A DNA stretch of 64,000 bases, taken from the NCBI GenBank assembly GCA_023247725.1, contig JAHFFW010000014.1, positions 783-64,782 of the forward strand, read 5' to 3'. Made by a program: the position numbers and the translations under genes. The notes under the pieces were generated by a model. That model saw nothing but the letters and a program-made list of their open reading frames with translations, was not told the origin of the DNA and made no database searches. The stretch is from Candidatus Omnitrophota bacterium (lineage in GTDB: Bacteria; Omnitrophota; Gorgyraeia; Zapsychrales; JAHFFX01). Shown piece after piece: positions 19,293-27,389 of the stretch. Each line of letters opens with the position of its first letter. The stretch's first letter is position 1.

Positions 19293-20044
19293 GAACGATG
19301 TTATGGAGAAGCTTTCTGGGGATGAGCGTCGTAATCTTTTTGAACCTCGGCGTCAGCGCCGCGCCGGACGAGATGTCCTTGTTCTTTAAGGCGAATGAGG
19401 CTTATCGCCAAGGAGATTATGCAAAGGCCGCCAGAATTTATGAAAGGATTCTGCAGTCGGGAAAGACGAGTGGAAATTTGTATTATAACTTGGGCAACGG
19501 TTATTTCAAATCCGGCCGGCTCGGGTCGGCCGTCCTCAGTTACGAGCGTGCTCGACGACTCATGGCGCGCGACGCGGATTTAATTGCTAATGAACAATTT
19601 GCGCGTTCTCAGGTTGAAGCCAGTCCGGAACCCAAGGCTTCGTTCTTTAAGATGCGGTTTTTCGATTACTGCGCTTATTTGACAACGGATGAATGGACCA
19701 TCTTTGTTTTCGTTTTGGGTCTGGCGACGGTTATTGCGCATCTTTTATCCTTACAGCAGAATTGGTCGGTGCGCCAGAGCCGGTTCTGGGCGGGCCTCTT
19801 TTTCTTGATCTGGATCAGTCATGCTGGAATTTTGGTGTTCAAGGTCAACCAACAAAAGGATCAGGCCATCATCCTGCAAAAAACCGATGCGTTTTTTGAA
19901 CCGCGGATCAAGGCCACGATTCATTTTTCTTTGTCCGAAGGCACGAAGGTCAAATCCTTAAAAGTCGAACCCCCCTGGGTCAAGATTGAACGATCCGACG
20001 GCAAGATGGGCTGGGTGCAGGCTGACACACTGGAAAAGATTTGA
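19289..20044 (+). CDS. BatE-like TPR + SH3b domain protein
   Basis: TPR motif (YYNLGNGYFKSGRLGSA), a TM segment and a C-terminal SH3b-like segment (GWVQADTLE). Confidence 0.6.
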   Translation: MRTMLWRSFLGMSVVIFLNLGVSAAPDEMSLFFKANEAYRQGDYAKAARIYERILQSGKTSGNLYYNLGNGYFKSGRLGSAVLSYERARRLMARDADLIANEQFARSQVEASPEPKASFFKMRFFDYCAYLTTDEWTIFVFVLGLATVIAHLLSLQQNWSVRQSRFWAGLFFLIWISHAGILVFKVNQQKDQAIILQKTDAFFEPRIKATIHFSLSEGTKVKSLKVEPPWVKIERSDGKMGWVQADTLEKI

Positions 20045-20135
20045 GATCGATGCCCTTTCACCGCCGGATAACCTGCGGGAGGTGCACCGGCTCATTCGCG
20101 CCGCGGTCAGTAAATAAAACGATGCCCAAAAAGAT

Positions 20136-20164
20136 TTGTAAGGAATACATGTTGGTATTAAAAT
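20136..20164 (+). promoter_or_regulatory. candidate sigma70-type promoter (TTGTAA, 17-nt spacer, TAAAAT) upstream of the CheR-kinase gene
   Basis: Read directly in the AT-rich gap between 20044 and 20196. Confidence 0.3.
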
Positions 20165-20195
20165 AAACACATTCTTTTGAAACGTTTTAAAAATT

Positions 20196-23100
20196 ATGGC
20201 CACGACGCGAAACGTTAGCCAAAACGACAAAGGACCAGGCCATCAAGGAGGGTGGCCTTTGTCTTCTTCCCCTCCCTGGCTGGCCAAAATTTTCCCCTTG
20301 ATTTTACAATCAACCGGCCTTGACCTGCGTTACTACAAAACTTCTACCATTCGTCGACTGGTCCTGCGACGGATGACGTCCTTAAAGATCCGGGACCCCA
20401 AAGGGTATATCGCCTATCTCAAGCGAACTCCCGCAAAGATCAATCTTCTCTCGCAGGATGTTTTAATCAAGGTCACGAGTTTCTTCCGGGATCCCGATGT
20501 TTTCAAAGTGCTCTGCCAGAAAGTGATCCCCACCATTTTGAAGAACCGAACAGTCGATCAACCCCTGCGTATCTGGGTGCCGGGCTGTTGTACCGGCGAA
20601 GAGGTCTATTCGATTGCCATCAGTGCGATCGAATGCCTGGAGGCAAAGGCCCTTAATGTGGGCTTGCAAATCTTTGGAACGGATGTCAGCGATCTGACGC
20701 TGGAAAAAGCCCGCGCGGGTCTTTATCCAGAAAGAATTAAGCAAGCGGTTTCGCGGGAGCGCCTGGATCGTTTCTTCACCAAAGTCGACGGGAATTACCA
20801 AATCAATAAGCATATCCGCGGGCTTTGCACCTTCGCCAGGCAAAACCTCATCGAAGATCCGCCTTTTTCCCGGCAGGACTTGATCAGCTGCCGCAATGTC
20901 CTCATTTATCTCGGAATGGATCTTCAAAATAAAATTTTTCCTCGTCTGCACTATGCGCTCAATCCTTTGGGGTTTCTCCTTTTGGGAAAATCCGAATCCA
21001 TTGGTTCCTTTTTTCCGGAACTTTTTTCTCCCATTGACAAACGGCACAACATTTATGCCAGAAAATATTCGTCGCTCAAACCGACCTTCGATTTTCGTCA
21101 TCCCACCTATGAAGTGAAAATGCCGACGGCAGAGACGGCCCGGCCGCGGATTTTGGAACCCCACGAAAACGATCTGCAGCGGGAACTTGACCGGATCATT
21201 GTCTACCGTTACAGCCCGGCGGCGGTTTTGATCAACGATTCTTGGGAGGTGATTCAAACCCGCGGAGATCTAACCCCCTATTTAAAATTTGCCACGGGAA
21301 AAATGAGCATCAATTTATTGAAGTTGGCGCGCGATGGCCTCCTGATGGAGTTAAGGCTTGCCCTGGAAAAATTAAAAAAGCATCCCCGCGTCATGAGAAA
21401 ACGCACGGTCCCAGTCAAAACCGGACCAAAGACCCTGCGCATTGATTTCGAAATCCTTCCTTTGCTAAAGCCGCATTTGAAGGAGCGCTTCTTTCTGGTT
21501 GTCTTTGGAAGATCCCAATCTAAAGAAAATTCTTCGTCGGAGATAGGGAAATTCATCGCTCGCCCGAAGGCGGTGGATCGAGCGCTCAGCCGGAGTTTGC
21601 GCCAGGAATTGGAAACAACCCGGGCCTATTTGCAATCAGTCCTCGAGGATTATGAGGTGAAGAATCAGGAACTGCGCTCCGCCAATGAAGAAATCCTCTC
21701 CAGCAATGAGGAATTGCAAAGCACCAATGAAGAGTTGGAAACCGCCAAGGAGGAGCTGGAATCAACCAATGAGGAAATCACGACCGTCAATGAGGAGCTG
21801 GAGAGCCGCAACGCGGAGCTCAAAAAAATCATTGAAAAATTGAAGGCCTCCGAAGAGGCTTTACGGGAAAGCCAGGAGAATCTCAGCGCCGTGGTGGAGA
21901 CCGCCCGGGATGCGATCATCTCCGCCGATCAAAAGGGCAATATCATCGCTTGGAATAAAAGTGCGGAAACCCTGTTTGGTTATCCTGCCGCCGAGGTGAT
22001 CGGCTGTCCTTTAACCATCATCATGCCGGAACGCTTTCGTTCGGCTCATGAAGCGGGATTGAAAAGATTTAATGCGTTGGGACGAGGGCAGATCATCGGA
22101 AAAACGCTGGAACTGGCCGGGCTAAAGAACAACGGAACAGAATTTCCTCTCGAGCTTTCGTTGTCCACCTGGAAAACGGCCGAAGATCATTTTTTCACCG
22201 CGATTATTCGCGATATTTCGGATCGGAAAAAGAATGAAGAAGCTCTTTGCAAGGCCAAAGAGGAATTGGAGATGCGGGTCGAAGAACGCACAGCCGAACT
22301 GGCCAAGACCAATAAGCTCCTGAACGAATTCTTCGACAATGCGGTCGTGGGGCTGAATTGGATCGGCCCCGACGGGATTATCCAAAAGGCCAACAAGTCG
22401 GAACTCGATATGCTGGGATATGAACCCCATGAATATGTCGGACATCATTTGCGGGAATTTCACGTCAATCCAGAAAAGGCGGATGACATTCTGGCGCGGC
22501 TTAAACGCAATGAGATCCTCAATAATCATGAAGTCCGGTTGCGCTGTAAGGATGGCGCGATCAAACATGTGCTCATTTCTTCCAATACGCTCTGGGAGGG
22601 CCGGCAATTTGTGCACGCGCGCTGCTTCACCCGGGATATCACCGCGCGAAAATTGGCGGAAGAGGCCTTGAAAAATGCGGTCGTGGATTTGGAACGATCC
22701 AATAAAGAACTGGAACAATTCGCCTATGTGGCATCCCATGATCTGCAGGAACCCTTAAGGATGGTGACCGCCTATACTCAACTTCTGGGAAAACGATACA
22801 AAGGGAAACTCGATCAAGAGGCCGATGAATTTATTCGATTTGCCGTCGATGGCGCCTTTCGGGCGCAGACGCTCATCAAGGATCTTTTGGAATATTCCAA
22901 GGTTCGCTCACCGGACCAAGCCTTGCGCGAGGTAAAATTGGAGAACGTGCTCGACCAAGTCACGGTGAACCTCAAGATCGCGCTCTCTGAAAGCCAGGCC
23001 GCCTTGACGCATGAATCCCTTCCGACCGTGGTCGGCGATGAGGTGCGTCTCACCCAGTTATTCCAAAACCTCATCAATAATGCGATCAAATTCCGCGGTC

Positions 23101-23375
23101 AGAAACCACCCCGGATTCACATCTCGGTTAAAGACCATAAATTCGAATGGCTTTTTGCCGTTAAAGACAGCGGCATTGGCATTGACCCGCAATATCACGA
23201 AAAAATCTTTATCATTTTTCAACGCCTGCATACGCGGGCGGAATTCCCCGGTACCGGCATTGGTTTGGCCATTTGCAAAAAGATTGTGGAAGCGCACGCA
23301 GGCCGCATTTGGGTCCATTCCTCGCCGGACAAGGGCGCAACTTTTTATTTCACCATTCCCAAAAGCCCCCCTTAA
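20196..23375 (+). CDS. CheR-type MCP methyltransferase domain fused to coiled-coil, PAS domains and a HisKA/HATPase_c histidine kinase
   Basis: N-terminal CheR motifs (LDLRYYKTSTIRRLVLRRM; RIWVPGCCTGEEVYSIA), NEEL-type coiled-coil repeats, PAS segments, the H-box ASHDLQEPLR and N/G-box motifs in the ATPase domain. Confidence 0.8.
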   Translation: MATTRNVSQNDKGPGHQGGWPLSSSPPWLAKIFPLILQSTGLDLRYYKTSTIRRLVLRRMTSLKIRDPKGYIAYLKRTPAKINLLSQDVLIKVTSFFRDPDVFKVLCQKVIPTILKNRTVDQPLRIWVPGCCTGEEVYSIAISAIECLEAKALNVGLQIFGTDVSDLTLEKARAGLYPERIKQAVSRERLDRFFTKVDGNYQINKHIRGLCTFARQNLIEDPPFSRQDLISCRNVLIYLGMDLQNKIFPRLHYALNPLGFLLLGKSESIGSFFPELFSPIDKRHNIYARKYSSLKPTFDFRHPTYEVKMPTAETARPRILEPHENDLQRELDRIIVYRYSPAAVLINDSWEVIQTRGDLTPYLKFATGKMSINLLKLARDGLLMELRLALEKLKKHPRVMRKRTVPVKTGPKTLRIDFEILPLLKPHLKERFFLVVFGRSQSKENSSSEIGKFIARPKAVDRALSRSLRQELETTRAYLQSVLEDYEVKNQELRSANEEILSSNEELQSTNEELETAKEELESTNEEITTVNEELESRNAELKKIIEKLKASEEALRESQENLSAVVETARDAIISADQKGNIIAWNKSAETLFGYPAAEVIGCPLTIIMPERFRSAHEAGLKRFNALGRGQIIGKTLELAGLKNNGTEFPLELSLSTWKTAEDHFFTAIIRDISDRKKNEEALCKAKEELEMRVEERTAELAKTNKLLNEFFDNAVVGLNWIGPDGIIQKANKSELDMLGYEPHEYVGHHLREFHVNPEKADDILARLKRNEILNNHEVRLRCKDGAIKHVLISSNTLWEGRQFVHARCFTRDITARKLAEEALKNAVVDLERSNKELEQFAYVASHDLQEPLRMVTAYTQLLGKRYKGKLDQEADEFIRFAVDGAFRAQTLIKDLLEYSKVRSPDQALREVKLENVLDQVTVNLKIALSESQAALTHESLPTVVGDEVRLTQLFQNLINNAIKFRGQKPPRIHISVKDHKFEWLFAVKDSGIGIDPQYHEKIFIIFQRLHTRAEFPGTGIGLAICKKIVEAHAGRIWVHSSPDKGATFYFTIPKSPP

Positions 23376-23577
23376 AAAATAGATAACGTGCCAGTATCCA
23401 TCAATGGTGTTGTGTATTTCCAAGTGGTCGATGCTCAAACAGCCGTCATTAAAATCCAGAATTATTTATACGGAAGTCAGTAAAATATTGGAAGTGGATG
23501 TTGCTGAAAATAGGATTAATCTAAAGCAAGAACAACAAAGACTGTCCAGCTAGCTCTAAGCATGTATAATACCAAAT

Positions 23578-24369
23578 ATGACAAAAGAACCTGTTTCAGT
23601 TGACTTTTCAAACACCCATAATTTTTCGTCTCTTGCTAATGCTCCCATCGTCGAGTCTGTTATTGACATCCGCATCGCTTCCGACATCAAATGGGACGGG
23701 ACTGCTTTAAAGCAGGATTTACAGAACCGGCTTAAAGATTATCCCAAAATTGAGGAATTGAGAGAATTCCGATATCACATCTCCCCCATGCCCAACCCTG
23801 ATCAGGAAGCTAAACCCAAGACCGAGGACATGGGATGCGTAGGTCTAAAGTTGCACTCCATGAATCACCTTCACATTGTTCAATTCAATCAAGGCGCATT
23901 TGTTTTCAGTCGTTTAAAACCCTATGAGGACTGGAGTCAATTTACCGGCGAGGGATTGCGTTTGTGGAAAATATATCGAGAGATCTTTCGGCCGGTTGCG
24001 GTCCAGCGGCTTGGCGTGCGGTTTATCAATAGGATCCCGCTTCAGGCTGATTATGCCGGTCTCGAAGATTATTATAATAATCCCCCTAAAGAGCTTGCTG
24101 GATTAAATTGGCCGCAGGCAGGTTTTCTGACACATGATTTATTTCAAGTCCCAGGCACGGATTATGCGGTCAATATCATCAAGACCCGGGTGCCTCCCAA
24201 TGCCGCGGATAATGAACAAGGAGTGGTCTTGGATATCGATGTGTATTTTCAAACCCCATTTAATTATACCGACGAGGAATTGAATGCGCATTTGACCAAA
24301 ATGCGCTGGATCAAGAACAAGGTCTTTTTTAGTTGTCTAACCCCTGAATTAATTGCGAGATTAAGATAA
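23578..24369 (+). CDS. hypothetical protein (263 aa), first gene of AT-rich cassette
   Basis: Clean ORF in a lower-GC island. I recognise no motif. It dimly resembles a conserved hypothetical family, which I cannot verify. Confidence 0.5.
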   Translation: MTKEPVSVDFSNTHNFSSLANAPIVESVIDIRIASDIKWDGTALKQDLQNRLKDYPKIEELREFRYHISPMPNPDQEAKPKTEDMGCVGLKLHSMNHLHIVQFNQGAFVFSRLKPYEDWSQFTGEGLRLWKIYREIFRPVAVQRLGVRFINRIPLQADYAGLEDYYNNPPKELAGLNWPQAGFLTHDLFQVPGTDYAVNIIKTRVPPNAADNEQGVVLDIDVYFQTPFNYTDEELNAHLTKMRWIKNKVFFSCLTPELIARLR

Positions 24370-24845
24370 TGCCGCCATTGCTATTGCCTATGTCATTATC
24401 AGGAGCTACCAGCCCAGTTGCTGCTTACGTGGAAGAAATCCAAAAAGACAGCCGGCAACAGCTGGAAAATTCTGAGATATTTGGGATGAGAGGCGTTTTG
24501 GAACAACTGGACGCGGTTTATGAAGATTGTGTCTTGCCTGGCTGGGATGGAAATGGGGCTAAGGCGATTTCTCATGATGTTTTACGTAATGCCCGATTTT
24601 TTCTTGAATCACTGCCGTTTGGCATGGAATTGCCTCAAATCGGCGCAGAGCCGGACGGTGCTATTACTTTTGAGTGGTATCGCTCTCCCAAGAGGACATT
24701 GTCTGTGAGCATCAATCCTGATGGTTATGTGTATTATGCCTCTTTAATAGGCGCCAGCCGCCGGCATGGCGTTGATCCGGTTCAAGGAGGCATTTCCAAA
24801 GATTTGATCGCGGTTATTCATCAAGTGTTGGGAATAAGGATATAA
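24369..24845 (+). CDS. hypothetical protein (158 aa)
   Basis: Its start overlaps the upstream stop (TAATG). No recognizable motif. Confidence 0.45.
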   Translation: MPPLLLPMSLSGATSPVAAYVEEIQKDSRQQLENSEIFGMRGVLEQLDAVYEDCVLPGWDGNGAKAISHDVLRNARFFLESLPFGMELPQIGAEPDGAITFEWYRSPKRTLSVSINPDGYVYYASLIGASRRHGVDPVQGGISKDLIAVIHQVLGIRI

Positions 24846-24848
24846 AGA

Positions 24849-25244
24849 ATGCCGAGCGCTGTCTTAGTTAGTGAATGGTTGGCGCGGTTTATTTTGTTTG
24901 GCCGTTGGGTCCGTGCCGACGGCACCGTCAGACAAGATGCATTTATTCCGGATGAGCGATTAGAATTGTCTGTTACCCGTTGTTCCGGTGTTTTAGATAC
25001 CGAAATTTGGAACATTGGAGAAGGCGTTGCCCGGGAAAGCGGCCGTAATCTTCATGGAAGGGCTGACGTTGGGGTTGCGGTGGTGAAATCGAACAATCTT
25101 GATGTGAGGACAACTCCACAAGAAGGGAATCCCTATCACGCTGATGTGGTCAATTGGCCGGCACGTAAGGATGAGCAAAAAATGGCGGCCATGGCCCTAG
25201 CAGCGGCGGCCCAGTTTCGTCCTCCCCGCGTAAATTCCCTATAA
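24849..25244 (+). CDS. hypothetical protein (131 aa)
   Basis: Starts 4 nt after the previous stop, i.e. operonic. No recognizable motif. Confidence 0.4.
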   Translation: MPSAVLVSEWLARFILFGRWVRADGTVRQDAFIPDERLELSVTRCSGVLDTEIWNIGEGVARESGRNLHGRADVGVAVVKSNNLDVRTTPQEGNPYHADVVNWPARKDEQKMAAMALAAAAQFRPPRVNSL

Positions 25245-25379
25245 AAATGTCATCTCCCTTTGCCTAAAACAGCAAAACCGCCGGCAAAGTGAAAGTTCTT
25301 TCACTGAAGCAATTGGAACTATAAAATTTGCCGGCTTTCCCGACGTTATCTCGGATATTAAGAAAAAAATTTAAGACAC

Positions 25380-27389
25380 TTGCACAAAGGGATCATTCTC
25401 TTAACCTTGGCCGTTTTGGGTAGCGTGGTTTTTAGTAATACCCTTCATCACCGATTTATCATTGACGATGCCTATCTTTTATTTCATGAGCCCGCGCTTG
25501 CATCGACGAAATTCGCCTTCTATCAGCTGATTCCCCAATACAAATCAGTTTTCGCTATGGACGACCAGGAGCCGGAGGTTTTTTATCGTCCGGGCGCAAA
25601 GTTGTTTCCCATGTTTTGTCACCAATTGTTTGACGAACATCCCGCACCGTATCATATCCTGAATATTTTGCTTTGGGTCACCGCCGCGTGGCTCGTGTAT
25701 CTTTGGGTCCGATTACTTTTTCCTGAAAGGGTGGCGGGCGTCGCGAGCCTGCTCTTGTTGATCCATCCGATCAACGGGATCGTGGTGAATTACAAATCCG
25801 CCGCCGTGTATTCGCTGGTTTTGATTTTTCTCAATGGCTCGATCCTGACTTATCTGCGCTGGCAAAAGGAAAGCCGCGGGAAGATATTTTGGCTGGCCGC
25901 GAGTCTGTTGTTATTTGCCATCGCCCCATTTTTCCATGAAATGGCCCTGTCCTTGCCGCTTTTTCTTTTTCTCATCGAGCGGGTTCGTCAATCCTCTCCG
26001 ATTCTGACCTCTTTGGGGAATCTGCGTTATCACGGTTTTTTATTTCTCCTCTTTTTGATTTTGCATCCCACGATGGGACACCTCTATTCGGCATTTGCTT
26101 CCGGAATAAGTCCTGGATCTGGTTTGATTTCTCTTTTTGCTCAAGGGCCGGCGATTCTTTGGTATCTAAAGAAGTTGGTAATACCGACGGGAATTGTCTT
26201 TCTCTGGAGCCTGCCGGTTCATCTGGCTTCGGCCGCCTGGGCGTGGGTGGCATTCGGACTTTTATGGTTGAGTTGGGTTGTGGCCTCGCGCTCTCGCGGG
26301 TGGGGAAGGGAATTGAATTTTTCCATTCTGTGGCTGCTGGTCGGTTTTTTGCCGACGTTCATCGCCAAGGGTTTGCATGACCCTAAGCGTATGGTTTTCG
26401 AACCTCACTGGATGATGGTCTCTTCCATTGGATTTTTCTTATTCATTGCGTTACTGTTGGAACGTTTATGGCAGAGAAATTTGCAGAGGGCGGCTTTTTC
26501 CATCACGATCGTTCTCATGGCGGCCTGGGGTTGGGAATCTTTTGAGATGAACAAGCTCTGGTCGAGCCAAACGGTTTATTGCCAATACTGGCTCAACCAG
26601 ACTCCGGATAATCCTTCCCTATATATGTTGCTCGCCAGCGGATATCAAGGGGAAAAAGAGTATGAAAAAGCAAGGATGTATTATCGAAAGTGTTTGAAGC
26701 TGGGGGTAGAACCAGCCAAGGCATATGACGATCTGGGGATCATGGCCTTGGATGAAAGAAAATATAAGGAAGCGGAGGATTATTTTCAATTGGCGTTGGC
26801 AGTGAATCCGAAACAGTCGATATTCTGGAACAATTTAGGGTCGGTGTATTTGGAGACAAGGCGTTTTGAGGAAGCGAAGACGGCCTTTGAGCGGGCGATT
26901 GAGTTAAATCCCTTGTATTATCTTCCCCGGGCGAATCTGGGGCAGGTGTATCATCAGGAAGGAAAACTCCCAGAAGCTTTAACTTTTTATGACGAGTATC
27001 TGGAGATCACTCCTCGAGATCAGCATATTGTGTTGTTGGCGATGACGGCGGCATTGAAATTGCAGGAGGCGACCCAAGTCAAGAAGCTGGTCCTTCACGC
27101 CAGACGCTGGGTGGATGATCCCGATGGACTGGCGCAGCTGGGGAGTGTGTTGGCTTCGCACGCAGACCCTCCGGATGCCTTTGCTCTTTACGAGAAGGCC
27201 TTAAAGCTTAACCCTAAATTTATTCCGGCCTATGTGGAAATGGGAAAGCTGCTGGCGAATAACGGCGATCTGGATGGGGCCTTGCGGGTCTGGCGTGTGG
27301 CGGAGCGCAATGCGGTCAATAACGAAGAATTGGTTCATCTGATTCAGCAAGCGACCCAATTAAGAGAAGAGTTCCATGCGAATCCCTAA
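25380..27389 (+). CDS. polytopic membrane protein with C-terminal TPR repeats (PMT_2/ArnT-like N-domain?)
   Basis: About 11 TM helices followed by TPR repeats. Putative TTG start. Paralog of the next gene. Confidence 0.6.
   Translation: MHKGIILLTLAVLGSVVFSNTLHHRFIIDDAYLLFHEPALASTKFAFYQLIPQYKSVFAMDDQEPEVFYRPGAKLFPMFCHQLFDEHPAPYHILNILLWVTAAWLVYLWVRLLFPERVAGVASLLLLIHPINGIVVNYKSAAVYSLVLIFLNGSILTYLRWQKESRGKIFWLAASLLLFAIAPFFHEMALSLPLFLFLIERVRQSSPILTSLGNLRYHGFLFLLFLILHPTMGHLYSAFASGISPGSGLISLFAQGPAILWYLKKLVIPTGIVFLWSLPVHLASAAWAWVAFGLLWLSWVVASRSRGWGRELNFSILWLLVGFLPTFIAKGLHDPKRMVFEPHWMMVSSIGFFLFIALLLERLWQRNLQRAAFSITIVLMAAWGWESFEMNKLWSSQTVYCQYWLNQTPDNPSLYMLLASGYQGEKEYEKARMYYRKCLKLGVEPAKAYDDLGIMALDERKYKEAEDYFQLALAVNPKQSIFWNNLGSVYLETRRFEEAKTAFERAIELNPLYYLPRANLGQVYHQEGKLPEALTFYDEYLEITPRDQHIVLLAMTAALKLQEATQVKKLVLHARRWVDDPDGLAQLGSVLASHADPPDAFALYEKALKLNPKFIPAYVEMGKLLANNGDLDGALRVWRVAERNAVNNEELVHLIQQATQLREEFHANP
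26731..27052 (+). repeat. 322-bp block 100% identical to 28751-29072 (intra-paralog gene conversion/duplication)
   Basis: Direct nucleotide comparison of the two TPR regions. Divergence resumes on both sides of the block. Confidence 0.85.
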
